Source: Lingula anatina
Taxonomy: Eukaryota; Animalia; Brachiopoda
Direction: 5' to 3'
Length of the DNA: 64,000 nt
NCBI GenBank assembly: GCA_051362555.1
Contig: CM120640.1
Span: forward strand, 55,654,788-55,718,787
Positions within the stretch are counted from its first letter, which is position 1. Every line of letters begins with the position of its first letter. This document shows positions 1 to 13,369 of this stretch, one piece after another. The notes beneath the pieces were generated by a model. That model was not told the origin of the DNA. It searched no databases and saw only the letters and a program-made list of their open reading frames with translations. The position numbers and the translations under genes were made by a program.

Positions 1-3000
1 TGGGAGTGATAAGTCACATCTTGAAAATGCCAGTTTGAAAAATGAAAAATTAAAAAAAAAATTACAAAAATATTCCACTAAAGCTGCCATTCAGTCTAGC
101 TGCATTACCATGATATGAATCATCCAACTTGATTTTAAACAGTGTAAACAACTCACAGAAATATATTTTGTTTTATCACAAAAAGGGCAGTCATAGCTAT
201 TATTCTGATATCTGAACTTGTCATCAGACCATGTGACCTCCATAGATGGCTATACTTTGTAGTAATTTCTTAAGAGATTATAACCAAAAAAAAAAAAAAT
301 GTTTTAGAAGAAAAATTATTTGCCAAAAAGAACAGTTATTATCCCTTTAACTGAAAATCAAGTTGCAAATATTGCACAACAGGTAGTATCAATAAAAGTG
401 AACAGTCAGAACTGTTACGTGCCCTTTGGAGTTATAAGTCCCACAATGAAAATGCCAGTATGTGAAAGATAAAAAATTCACAAAATGCACAACAGAATAA
501 CATGGTCAATAAGATTACAGTTTCAGGACCATATGTGAGAGTTCATATTCACATAATGAAAATCCCAATATGTGAAAAATGATGACAGTGCATAAAATAA
601 TATTACACAATGTTTAAAGACATAAAAAACCAACACAACTGCTAATGTGGAAAAACAAAATGCACAGCGCTTCTGGTGAATGATAGTTGAAAGTGACATC
701 TTGAAGATGCTAGTGTTTGAAAAATAATTAAAAGAAAATGTAAAATAAAACATAACAAAAAATTCCAATAAAGCTGCTATTCAAACTTTTAATCTAACAT
801 GATAAGAATAACAACACACTGTTATTCATCTTTAGCATTAATTTAAGCGTTACACAAAATTTTTCTTTTGTAAAATTATTAATTCAATATTAAATAACAT
901 TTACCTGCATAATAATCATCAATTCCTAATTATGTGACACAGTTAAGAGAGCTAAACCTATGGGATTTTACAATGAAATCTCAACGTGTGTGTTTTATGT
1001 AATCTCATTTAATGGCCACTTGAAAATTAAGCAAATTACTTTATAACCCTGAAATAACTTGAAAATTAATTAAGCAAATTACTTTATAACTTTGAATTAA
1101 CATACTGCCTGCTATCCATATACATTTATTGCACCATATAGCACTCTATAGAACTGCATTGCTTCCAAAACAAAAAACAATCGCACTGGTTTTCCAACAC
1201 AAGCTGCACTTCAGTCTTATGAAACTTTTCATGTTGACTATCATAAGTAACATGGTTTTCCCTTAATTGCTATCCTGGCAGCAGTGTCCAAAATAGGGTT
1301 TTCTTCAACTTTTATGCAATATAACATAATACTTAACAGCATAATGACCATCAGTTTTTTTATAAAAAAATAAAAGTATCATTGATATTCAGAAATTGTG
1401 ATATGGAAAGGTCTCCAAGGCCATGGAAGTTCAGAGTCACACTTTCAAAATGCCAAAATGTAAACGAAATAACTGTACTGAAATGATTTTCTTTCCATTT
1501 GCAACACCTTTTTTACATAAAACAAAATAATCAATTTACTGTCATTTTTAAATGATCAACTAGGAAAATTGTTGACATAGGAAAAATATCAATAGAACAA
1601 TTTTAAATGTCCAATTTGCTCCATTCGGAGATTCTGAACATAGTGAATGATTGAATCTGACAAACTGCAATGATGAGTTCCTTTCCATTTTTGATACTTT
1701 ATTACACAATGCACGATAATAGGTTTACCGTCATTTTTATATAATCAACAATATTGTTAAGAAGCAAAAAATGTCAAAACAACACTTTTACATATCTAAT
1801 TAGTTCAATAATGAGACTGTTAACATGCCTAAGAAAGAAATCTGAAGAAAAACCACTTATATACAAAAAGGCTAATAACTTCATCAAAACTCAACTGATC
1901 AAGCTTATTTTCAAACTTGATCTGTATACTGGTCAGATTGATCACTCCTGTGAGTTGCAAGACAAAAGGTGATTGGTTTTCCTTAAAATGCGTTATCAGT
2001 GTTGCATGTATGCTGAATAAAGGAAAAATCAGCATAACTTTTGTAAAAATAGTCCAATCAAGCCAATTTTCGAACTTGACCTGCGTATTATGAATATTCA
2101 TCAGTTCTGTAAGTTTCAATCCAAAAGGAAAAACATTTTTACACTTATCATGTTATTGGTGTTATAAAAATGCTGAAAAAATTGAAAAAAAAAACAGGAT
2201 AACTTCCATAAAAATTGCTCGATCATGCTGATTTTCAAACTTGACCTGCGTATTATGAATATTCATCAGTTTTGTAAGTTTCAAGCCAAAAGGTAAAATG
2301 GTTTTCCACCTATCGTGTTATCGCTGCTGCATATATGCTGAAAAAAGTGAAAAACAGCATAACTGCCCTAAAAATGGCCCGATCATGCTGATTTTCGAAC
2401 TCGACCTGCAGATTATGAGTATTCATCAGTTCTGTTAAGTTTCAAGCCAAAAGGTAAAACGGTTCTTCACTTATCGTGTTATCGGTGTTGCATATATGTT
2501 GAAAAAAGTTCTATGGGCATATATGTTGCATATATGTTGAAAAAAGTTCTATGGGCCTCAAGACCTTTGCTAGTCACATTTTCTGAATATCCATGATACT
2601 AATATTTTATTATTAAAAATTGATGGTCATTATGCTGTTAAACATTATGTAATGTTGCATCAAAATTTGAATAAACCCCTATTTTGGGCACTGCTCCCAT
2701 GATGACCATTTAAGGAAAACCATGTCACTTACTATTCTCAAACTTACAGGAAAGAAACATATGGGACTAAAAAACAGCATCAGTAGGCAATGCAGTCTGT
2801 TTGGTAAATTTTTCTGGCAGATAAACAGTTTTTTTGTTAAAATTAAATTTTTCACATATTGGCATTTTCAAGGTGTGACTTAGAACCTTCACGGGCTTGA
2901 AGACCCATGCTAGTCACATTTTCTGAAAATCCATGATACGTATATTTTATTATTAAAAATTGACAGTCATTATGCTGTTAACCATTATGTAATATTGCAT

Positions 3001-3747
3001 CAAAATAGAAGAAAACACAATTTTAGGTGCTGCTGCCATGATGACCATTATGGGAAAACCATGTTACTTATGATTGTCAAACTTTCAAAAAAGAAACATG
3101 GGACTAAAATGCAGCCCGAGTTGGAAAAGCAGTCTAATTGGCTTCTTTTACTGGAAGTTAAACATTTTAGTGAAATATTCATTTATATCGTGTTGGCATA
3201 TTCATTGTGGGACTCAGAGCTCCCATGGACATGAAGCCAAATGGTAATCAAATTTTCTACATGTGCATGCTATTTATAGTCAATAATCAAATATTGGTGA
3301 TAATTATTCTGTAATTTATTATGAAATGTTACATTAAAATTGACAAATCTTTTTGCACTGTTACTACAAACATTATAAAAAGAAAAGTGTGTTACCTATT
3401 ATTCTTTTAACTTACAAGTATGATTTTTAGGATTGGCATGCAGATCAAATTAGAAAGCCAGCTCAGTTGGGTTATCATTTATTATTGAATTTATGCAATT
3501 TGGTGTGAAATTTTCATTTTTCTCATTCTGGCATTTTCAAAGTGTGAACTTGAACCCCCATGGGCCTGAAGCCTTATGCTTGTTACACATTTTACTTACA
3601 TCGATATTACCTGTTGAGCATACTTAAAATTTGATGTTGAAATTGCAGTTAAGCATAATGTACTTTTGCATCAGAATTGACAGTAGCCTATTTTGTGCAT
3701 TATTTTCTGCTTTTTGTCTGTACATTTGACAGCTTTGCTGCCTTGTT
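1..3747. mobile_element. Helentron-associated non-autonomous element (HINE/DINE-1-like) cluster, family 1; minus-orientation part (1-~2500) fused to a plus-orientation 3' part
   Basis: Shares internal blocks with 7536-12931 and 43831-47152, including the gctgattttcgaacttgacctgcg repeat units at 2030-2500. It ends in the family 3' signature tgtctgtacatttgacagctttgctgccttgtt at about 3716-3747. Confidence 0.8.
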
Positions 3748-4790
3748 TTAAAGGTACATATGAACCAAGCATCGATGGAGCATGGATTCCCAGTAACACA
3801 TATAAACCACTTCTACTAGTTTCTTATATGACTCAAATTAAGTCGACATGCCACGGGACAAACTGAATAAATCTCTTGGTAAGCCGTAAAAGAGCTCCAA
3901 ACTGCTCCTACCTTTAAATTTTTGGTCAGAAATTTCAAGGATTTGAGCCACATTAAAATCCATTTTTTTAAATTTTGTAGATTCAGCACTCAATCTATAC
4001 ACTAGAGATATGTTTGGATCGACCCCCACCATTTAAAAAGTTTAAAAACCATCTTTTAGTAGAAAAAAAAGCATTTTAGTAAACCTCACCTCAATATGCA
4101 AAAATGAAGCAACAGATCTGGGTAATGTGGTACTGCGACAACTTGGACGATAAAGGTCTATGACAATCAGCTGAGCTGCGCTGAATATACAGAGAAGTTT
4201 AGGAAAGTTGTGTTGAATGGAGTTACGCAATTTTCATTATGCCTAAGTGTGTTGCCGTGGGATGCACCAAAAAAGCAGCAAAAGATCTGGCATTTGCTGA
4301 CAATCTTTTTTGTCTGTGATTTGTCCATGACTTTCTTACGAACTTCGGTGACAATAGATGTGATGCTCAAGATTATGGTTGCCTCAAGTGTTTTAGATCA
4401 TATCAAAAGCTGACAGTCTGTCATCAGTTGACAAGCTTTCTAAATGTTGATGCATTTTAAATGTATGGTAGTTGACTAAGAGCTCATTGACAATAAAACT
4501 TGTTAAATATAATTATGCACTGTCACACTTCCCAAGCCTCGCTTGAGTAAAAGAATGGTGATATTTAAGAAAAAAAAAAGAATGGGGAACTGCTGTAATA
4601 AAGTTATTCGTAATCCTAATCCGTTACACGAAATAATGTGTTGTGTGCTTTGAGAATTTGTTTCTAAACAGTATTTCAACTGAAATATGAAAATTTGTAT
4701 ACTTTCATAATTTGAAACCCAAGTTATGCGTCTGTATGCAAAACTTTTTGCAAATTCATAAGTTTTGTCAAACCCAAAAATATATATTAC

Positions 4791-5341
4791 CAGGCCTACC
4801 CAACTACCAGACTCGGCACCTAAGGATCCTGAATTAACCGGTATATCGGACCACATTACCCGTTTTCAAGGTGTATGTCAGATCGCATTTCGGAGTATCA
4901 TACCCCAGAACAAATTTTGTAGCACGACTGCGGGCTCATCCACGCTCGGCTGAACAACCTCAAACTGTACTCTTACTTTAGAGTACTCCATTTTATTGTC
5001 TCTATGGGGATATATGGGGACTTTACGACATTCGGTTTGAATGTTTTAACCACTTTTGATAGGGCTTTTTTGCATTGTATTAGATTAATGTGGCAGTCTA
5101 AGGTTCATCTAGGTGGCTTTCAAAATTATGCACCCGGTTTTAAAATCATATAGCGATTTTACAACAATCGTTTACTATCCAATCAAGGTGACAGCCGGGC
5201 ATGTCAGGGCTCATCCTGTCGGTGTTCTGGCTGATACTCCGAAATGCGATCTGACACACACCTTGAAAACGGGTAGTGTTGTCCGATATACCGGTTAATT
5301 CAGGATCCTTAGGTGCCGAGTCTGGTAGTTGGGTAGGCCTG
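4791..5341. mobile_element. hAT-like MITE with long TIRs and 6-bp TSD
   Basis: Perfect TIR of about 60 bp (caggcctacccaactaccagactcggcacc... / ...ggtgccgagtctggtagttgggtaggcctg), extending imperfectly to about 150 bp. Flanked by tattac at 4785-4790 and 5342-5347. Confidence 0.85.
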
Positions 5342-6598
5342 TATTACAGAACAAGGTAAAAAAAAAAGCATTGTTTGCTATTAGTAGCATGTTTAAAAAA
5401 TCATAACTTTAATGTGTCCAGTATTTGATACATGTACGCTTGCGCTCAGTCGCAAGGCGATCGGGGCCCAGATCTGCTTAAAAAATTTTGATTGGGTAAT
5501 GTGAGTAAGGAATGGACTGGAGACACTTGGTTTGTCATTTATTTTTCACGAAAAAATGGCAGATCATTTTATACTGTCCTTGAAAGAGCAAAGAGTGAAA
5601 GATCATTTTTGACAAACATTGACCAGGGAAATATCCTAAAGGAGTAAAGGGCTAAAGTACCATCTTGTTGATAATTTTACAGTGCAATTTTATTTAAATA
5701 AGCCAATTTTACGAAAATATAAGGAATTAATTACCAAATTTAGACTTTCATCACATAATCTAACTGTATAAACTGGAAGGTAAGCAGACACCAATAAAAA
5801 TTAAGAACCTGTATACTATGCATTTTAAAATGACATCAAGGATAAATTTAATTTTATTAATTCTTAAATGTCCTCACCGCTTGCTACAGAACGATTGGAC
5901 AGAAATACATCAAAAATTTTATTATACAAGGCAAAGTGTTTTCAAGTTAATTGTTATCACTTAACAATATGTCACAATTAAATAACTTAGGAAAGTACTT
6001 AAAATGTGCATTGGAGTTAAGATTAACGTCAGTCTGATGACTTTTTATTATTACTATTAGTAGTTGTTGTATTGTTGTTTTTGTTATGACTTTATATTTT
6101 TACTGCATTTCATCTCAAGGGTTTAATAAATTGAATTGAATTGAATTTCACAAATAACATGGACCTTATACTGAATGATCAAAATACCCTCAAGTCATTT
6201 GAATGCAGTATTTTATACCTGTTGGGATAACTGTAATTAAATGCTAGTTAAATAATTGAATAGACAGGCACCTGGCTCCACCAGTATATACCCTTCAGGT
6301 AAGAGAGGTGAATGGGTATGAATTGTTATCAATAGTATGAAAAGTCATCTTACAGGTAGATAATGGTAGCTCAGTTTGACAGTTTACTAACAGGCAGGCT
6401 CTCTCCTCTGGTGGCACATATGTCGTCGCCGGACCACGTAGCTCATCAACTCCCAGACCTAGCTAACGGGGAGGTTTTTTGTAGCTCAAAATTTACTAAT
6501 TTGTGTATTTTGATAAAGATTTCATTAGTTGGGCATGTTTTCTGAAAAAAATTCTCCGTTCAGGCCATTCTGACCATAAACCTTTTAACCTTTCTGCC

Positions 6599-6600
<2 letters not shown>

Positions 6601-6646
<46 letters not shown>
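6601..6646. repeat. (AT)n microsatellite
   Basis: Direct reading of about 23 AT units. Confidence 0.95.
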
Positions 6647-6651
<5 letters not shown>

Positions 6652-7928
6652 GCATAGAAAACTAGCAGAAAAATCTGTTCAAGTATCATTTTCAGGTAAT
6701 ATTAAACGATGTCTCTTGGTAATTCTCTTAGTTATACTATTTGAAACTATATGCTGGCATTTGGTTGGTTTTTGTGGCGAAAAAAAATTGACTTCAAATG
6801 CAACTTTAACAAAATTGATCTCGATTAATATCATTTGATATTAATTTTCTGAACTGATTCATTTAAGGTATGCCTTAGTACTTGTGAGAAAATGGACAAA
6901 ATTTCAATTTTTGCTGTATAATTTAAATTGGTAAGACCTGCTTTAACAATGACAATGTTTGAGGATAATGCAGAAATCACACCTGTCCAACAGTCATTTT
7001 CAGTTTTCATATAAGAGCAGATACAGAATTTGGGAACCATTAAAAATGATATTAATAGCATTTGCAGTGCTTTTACTGTGTAGAATAGAAATACAAGTTG
7101 GCCTGCTTTTCAATTCTGTAGCTTTCACTCACTGACAATAAGAATGTTCAAATTTTAAGAATTTATCATTAGAAAAAATTCATTATCTGTAAAATAAGCA
7201 TTAAATATATCTATTCATCACTGTAGTTAAATATTTCACCCAAGAAAATTATGAAAAGGGCTGTTCAAACTGTTAAACCATAAACTGTTTGAATTACAAT
7301 TTATAAGTTTTTGCTTTATATAGAAAATGTCATAGCACTTAAAGCTTTTCATTGACGTAATAATTTCATTAATAATTTAAAAGTTGTTAGTCATAGTTAC
7401 TTTCATTTTCTTTTAGTTAAAGCAGTATACTTGTTAATATTGTGGAACTTCTTGGTTTTTTGATTCACCTTAAAGGGATAATAATTCTTTGTGTGAGATC
7501 TGTATTTCACAAAAAAAAAAAAAAAAGAAAAAAAAAACAAGGCAGCAAAGCTGTCAAATGTACAGACAAAAAACAGAAAATAAGGATGCAAAATAGGTCA
7601 TTTTGTCAATTTTGATGCAATAATAAATAATGCTTATAATAGCACTGTCAGTCAACACTGAATTTTAATCATGCACAACAGGTAAAATGGTCAATAACAT
7701 GAGCGGACCCAGAGATATTTTCTGACAGTATTCCAAAGTATCTATTTTGATCCATCCTCCATTTTGATAGTCTTCCAACAGAAGAAAAAATAGATACCAG
7801 GCAATATAAACTTAATAACCTGACTGTCTTCCAGAAGACCCAGAAGATGGTCTCAATCTACCCTTTCAATAAGATTACAGTTTCAGGACCATGAGTTTAA
7901 ATTCACATGATGAAAGTCTCAATATTTG

Positions 7929-8363
7929 AACAAGGCAGCAAAGCTGTCAAATGTACAGACAAGGAACAGAAAATAAAGATGCAAATAAGTGAAAAATTAA
8001 ATTTTCACAAAAAACTGTTAAATTGCCAGAAAAATTTACCAAACAGACTGCGTTGCCTATTGAAGCTGTATTTTAGTCCCATGTTTCTTTCCTATAAGTT
8101 TGAGAACAGTAAGTGACATGATTTCCCTTAAATGGTCATCATAGGAGCAGTGCCCAAAATAGGGGTTTCTTCAAATTTTGATACAACATTAAATAATGTT
8201 TAACAGCATAATGACAATCAAATGTTATTAATAAAATATTAGTAACATGGACATTCAGAAAATGTGACAAGCAAAAGTCTTCAAGATCATGGAACTTTAA
8301 AGTCACACCTTGAAAATGCCAATATGTGAAAAATTAAATTTTCACAAAAAACTGTTTAACTGC

Positions 8364-8403
<40 letters not shown>

Positions 8404-9947
8404 AAACAGACTGCATTGCCTACTGAAGCTGTATTTTAGTCCCATGTTTCTTTCCTGTAAGTTTGAGAACAGTAAGTGACATGATTTTCCTTAAATGGTC
8501 ATCATGGAAGCAGTGCCCAAAATAGGGGCTTCTTCAAATTTTGATGCAATATTACATAATGTTTAACAGCTTAATGACCATCAATTTTTAATTATTAAAT
8601 ATTTGTATCACAGATATTCAGAAAATGTGACTAGCAAAGGTCTTCAGGCCCATGGAACTTCAAAGTCACGCCTTGAAAATGCCAAAATGTAAACAAGACA
8701 GCACTGTTCTGAAATGGGTTTATTTCCATTTTTAACACTTTTTTAACATAAAACAAAATAAACATTTTACTGCCATTTTTATATGACCAACTAAAAAAAT
8801 TGATGAGATGGGAAAAGTATCAATAGCACAGTGTTAAATGTCCAATTTCCTCCATTATGAGATTCTGAACATAGTGGATGATTGAATCTGACAAACTGCA
8901 ATGATATGAGTTTATTTCCATTTTTGACACTTGATTACACAATACATGATAACAAGTTTACCATGTTTTTTACATAATCAACTAACAATGTTGTAAAGAT
9001 GCAGGAAATATCAAACAAACACTTTTAGGCATCTTATTAGTTAAATAATGAGACTGTTAACATGCTTAAGAATTGAATCTGAGGAAATGTGAAAAAAACA
9101 GTATAACTTCTAAAATAATGGCCCGATTATGCTGATTTTCGAACTCAACCTGCGTTTTAGTAAGATTGACCACTCCTGTGAGTATAATTACAATTGGCCA
9201 ATCCGTTTTTCTTATATTGTGTTATCAGTGTTGCATTTATATTGAAAATAGTGAAAAAACAGCATAAATTTCCTCAAAAGAGCCCAATCATGCTGATTTT
9301 CGAACTTGACCTGCTTATTATGAATATTCATCAGTTCTGTAAGTTTCAAGTCAAAAGGTAAAATGGTTTTCCACTTATCGTGTTATCGGTGCTGCATATA
9401 TGCTGAAAAAAGTGAAAAAACAGCATAAATTCCCTAAAAGTGACCCGATCATGCTGATTTTCGAACTTGACCTGTGTATAATGAATATTCATCAGTTCTG
9501 TAAGTTTCAAGTCAAAAGGTAAAATGGTTTTCCACTTATCGTGTTATCGGTGCTGCATATATGCTGAAAAAAGTGAAAAAACAGCATAAATTCCCTAAAA
9601 GTGACCCGATCATGCTGATTTTCGAACTTGACCTGTGTATTATGAATATTCATCAGTTCTGTAAGTTTCAAGTCAAAAGGTAAAATGGTTTTCCACTTAT
9701 CGTGTTATCGGTGCTGCATATATGCTGAAAAAAGTGAAAAAACAGCATAAATTCCCTAAAAGTGACCCGATCATGCTGATTTTCTAACTTGACCTGCGTA
9801 TTATGAATATTCATCAGTTCTGTAAGTTTCAAGTCAAAAGGTAAAATGGTTTTCCACTTATCGTGTTATCGGTAAAAGTGCACGGCGACGGCGACGACAG
9901 ACGCAGATGATGGCTATATGTACAGACACATCTGTGTCTGTACATAA
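7929..9947 (-). mobile_element. HINE family 1 copy nested in the outer element
   Basis: Has complete 3' and 5' termini and interrupts aatatttgaa|aaatgatgacagtgcat, which is uninterrupted in the copy at about 46741-46767 (rc). Confidence 0.85.
9260..9872. repeat. 161-bp tandem repeat array (~4 units) inside a HINE
   Basis: cagcataaat recurs at 9260, 9421, 9582 and 9743; the units are nearly identical. Confidence 0.9.
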
Positions 9948-10120
9948 AAATGATGACAGTGCATAAAATAATATTACATAAGTAACATAATGTTTAAAGA
10001 CATAAAAAACAATATAACTGCTTATGTGGAAATACAGAAATGTCAGAGCCTCAGGCGGATGAGAGTTAAAAGTCACAAATGCAAGTGTTTGAGAAAAAAT
10101 TATAAAGGAAAACATAACAA

Positions 10121-10307
10121 AACTAGAAAAGCGCTCCGAGAGTGCAGACCTCTGCCAAGGTAGCAATTGTTGATTATTATTGATTATTGTCCTCTTTGGC
10201 CCACTTCTGACAGTTCCTGAAAATTTCAGCAAAATCGGTCCATAACTTTTTGAGTTATGTTGATGACAAACAGGGGTGAAAATATAACCTCCTTGGCAGA
10301 GGTTAAT
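10121..10307 (-). mobile_element. Small HINE, family 2 (~187 bp)
   Basis: subTIR acctctgccaagg / ccttggcagagg, terminal hairpin and ctagtt end (rc aactag). A second copy is at 46398-46584, and it is absent from the homologous site at about 758. Confidence 0.75.
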
Positions 10308-13300
10308 ATAATTCCAATGAAGCAGCTATTCAAACTTTTAATCTTTGAGTTTTATATATATATAAACTTATTTGCAATATTAAACAAAATTCACCTGCAT
10401 AATTATCACTGCTTCCTTATTATTAATCTAGCAGAGAGTTTAACCTATGGGAGTTTACAGGGAAATATCAACAAGTGTGCTTTATGTAATCTCATTTAAT
10501 GGCCGATTACTTAGGCAAATTACTTTATAACACTGAAATTAGCTAAGTGATACCCAAGGGAAATTTACAGACTGACCCTCTCAAAGGTCTTTCAGGCCCA
10601 TAAGTCACAACTTAAGAAAAGCACAAAACAATAATTCACAAAATAGGAGACTACCAATTCTGATGCAATAATACATTATGTTTAACTGCACAGTCAACAT
10701 CAAATTTTAATTTTGCACAACAGGTAACACCAACGAAAGTAAAAGCATAAGGCTTCAGGCCCATCAGAGTTCAAGTTTATACTTACAAAGTGCCAGAATG
10801 ATAAAAATGAAATTTGACACAAAATTGCATAAAATTCAATAATAAATGATAACCCAATTGACCTGGCTTTCTAATTTGAACTGCATGCCAATCCTAAAAA
10901 TCATACTCATAAGTTAAATATAATAATAAATAACACAGTTTTCTTTTCATAATGTTTGCAGTAGCAGTGCAAAAAGATTATTGTCAATTTTGATGTTACA
11001 TTACATAATAAATTATAGAATAATTATCACCAATTTTTGATTATTGACTATAAATAGCATGAACATGTAGAAAATTTGATTACCATCCGGCTTCGTGTCC
11101 ATGGGAGCTCCGAGCCCCACAATGAATATGCCAAAAAAATAATGAATATTTCACTAAAATGTATAACTTCCAGAAAAAGAAGCCAATTAGACTGCTTTTC
11201 CAACTCAGGCTGCATTTTAGTCCTGTGTTTCTTTTTTGAAAGTTTGACAATCATAAGTAACACGGTTTTCCCATAATGGTCATCATGGCAGAAGCACCAA
11301 AAATTGTGTTTTCTTCTATTTTGATGCAACATTACATAATGCTTAACAGCATAATACATCAATTTTTAATAATAAAATATATGTGTCATGGATTTTCAGA
11401 AAATGTGACTGGCATGGGTCTTCAAGCCCGTGGAGGTTCTAAGTCGCACCTTGAAAATGCCAAGAAGTGAAAAATTAAATTTTCACAAAAAACTGTTAAA
11501 TTGCCAGAAAAATTTACCAGACAGACTGCATTGCCTATTGAAGCTGTTTGTTAGACCCATGTTTCTTTCCTGTAAGTTTGAGAACAGTAAGTGACATGAT
11601 TTTCCTGAAATGGTCATCATGGGAGCAGTGCCCAAAATAGGTTTTTTTTTTCAAATTTTGAAGCAACATTACTTAATGTTTAACAGCATAATGACCATCA
11701 AATGTTATTAATAAAATATTAGTAACATGGACATTCAGAAAACATGACAAGCAAAGGTCTTCATGGAACTTCAAAGTCACACCTTAAAAATGCCAACATG
11801 TGAAAAATTAAATTTTCACAAAAAACTGTTTAACTGTTAGAAAAAGTTACCAAACAGACTGCATTGCCTACTGAAGCTGTATTTTAGTCCCATGTTTCTT
11901 TCCTGTAGGTTTGAGAACAGTAAGTGACATGATTTTTCTTAAATGGTCATCATGGGAGCAGTGCCCAAAATAGGGGTTTCTTCAAATTTTGATGCAATAT
12001 TACATAATGTTTAACAGCATAATGACCATTAATTTTTAATTATAGAATATTTGTATCACAGATATTCAGAAAATGTGACCAGCAAAGGTCTTCAGGCCCA
12101 TGGAACTTCAAAGTCACGCCTTGAAAATGCCAAAATGTAAACAAGACAGCACTGTTCTGAAATGGGTTTATTTCCATTTTTAACACTTTTTTAACATAAA
12201 ACAAAATAAACATTTTACTGCCATTTTTATATGACCAACTAAAAAAATTGATGAGATGGGAAAAGTATCAATAGCACAGTGTTAAATGTCCAATTTCCTC
12301 CATTATGAGATTCTGAACATGGTGGATGATTGAATCTGACAAACTGCAATGATATGAGTTTATTTCCATTTTTGACACTTGATTACACAATACATGATAA
12401 CAAGTTTACCATGTTTTTTACATAATCAACTAACATTGTAAAGATGCAGGAAATGTCAAACAAACACTTTTACGTATCTTATTACTTAAATAATAAGGCT
12501 ATTAACATGCCTAAGAATTAAATCTGAGGAAATCTGAGGAAATGTGAAAAAACAGCATTACTTCTAATAGTGGCCCGATCATGCTGATTTTCGAACTTGA
12601 CCTGCGTTTTAGTAAGATTGATTACTCCTGTGAGTTTTATGACAACATGCCTAACAGTTTTCCTTAAAATGTGTTTACAAGGTTGCATATATGCTGAAAA
12701 GTTAAAAAACAGCATAACTTCTACAATAATGGCCCGATCATGCTGATTTTCGAACTTGACCTGCGTTTTATGAATATTCATCAGCTCTGTAAATATAAAG
12801 GCAAAAAGTGAAACTGCCTTCCACTTATCGTGTTTACAAGGAAAGTGCACGGCGCCAGCGCCGGCATCGGCATCGGCGACGACAGACGCAGGTGATGGCA
12901 ATATGTACAGACACATCTGTGTCTGTACATAGAAAAAGATATATAAAATATATTCTGTTTTACCACAAAAATGGCAGTTATAGTTATTATTCTGATATCT
13001 GAGCTTGTCATTGGCACACCATTAACTATTCTTATAGTCCTCCAAATGAAGCCAAGTATCTCTTTTTAATTTTTATTTGAACTATTTAATTTATACATAT
13101 AGGTCACAATATCTGTGTATGGCAAAATAAATAAATACATAAAAAATAATAAAAATAATAAAATGAGGTGCAAAGAAAACAGCATCAATTTGGAGTTATT
13201 TCTAATGTCATATTCAACTGAACTCTGCAATTGTTCATTCTCAAGCTTAAGGCTAGATTGCGCACATTAAGTCAATCCCCAAGATTTTCTTCTAGATGCC

Positions 13301-13369
13301 TTAGTACGAATATTTCATATTTCTGGCATGGTAAGGTAATCCTTCTCTACATTGTTCATCAGCCTTTTT
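13301..13369 (-). CDS. NDUFB4: NDUFB4 exon 3 (last coding)
   Basis: Acceptor ttttacag, 22 codons then TAA; candidate AATAAA on the minus strand at 13072-13077. Confidence 0.8.
   Translation of the reverse strand, partial: KKADEQCREGLPYHARNMKYSY

Larger units (their letters stand above)
3748..6809. mobile_element. TTAA-flanked non-autonomous DNA transposon (Kolobok- or Crypton-like ends) carrying nested insertions
   Basis: Starts ttaaaggtacat and ends atgcaactttaa. Both ends are reproduced joined together in a short derivative at 42263-42647 and partly at about 51935-52088. Confidence 0.6.
7536..12931 (-). mobile_element. HINE family 1, long variant (outer element), containing a nested family-1 copy and a small HINE
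   Basis: The 3' end (rc) aacaaggcagcaaagctgtcaaatgtacagac is at 7536. The 5' palindrome atgtacagacacatctgtgtctgtacat and the (GCC/GTC) microsatellite are at 12850-12930. It is a near-identical inverted copy of 43831-47152. Confidence 0.85.

Noticed and set aside
9260-9872. Regularly spaced repeats suggestive of a CRISPR array
   Set aside because: The units are contiguous 161-bp tandem copies with no unique spacers, in a spliced eukaryotic locus.
12518-12916. MCLYILPSPASVVADAD... ORFs (also 22154, 43799) recurring across the window
   Set aside because: They are chance translations of the HINE 5' palindrome, microsatellite and repeat units; frames differ between copies and there are no Rep/helicase motifs.
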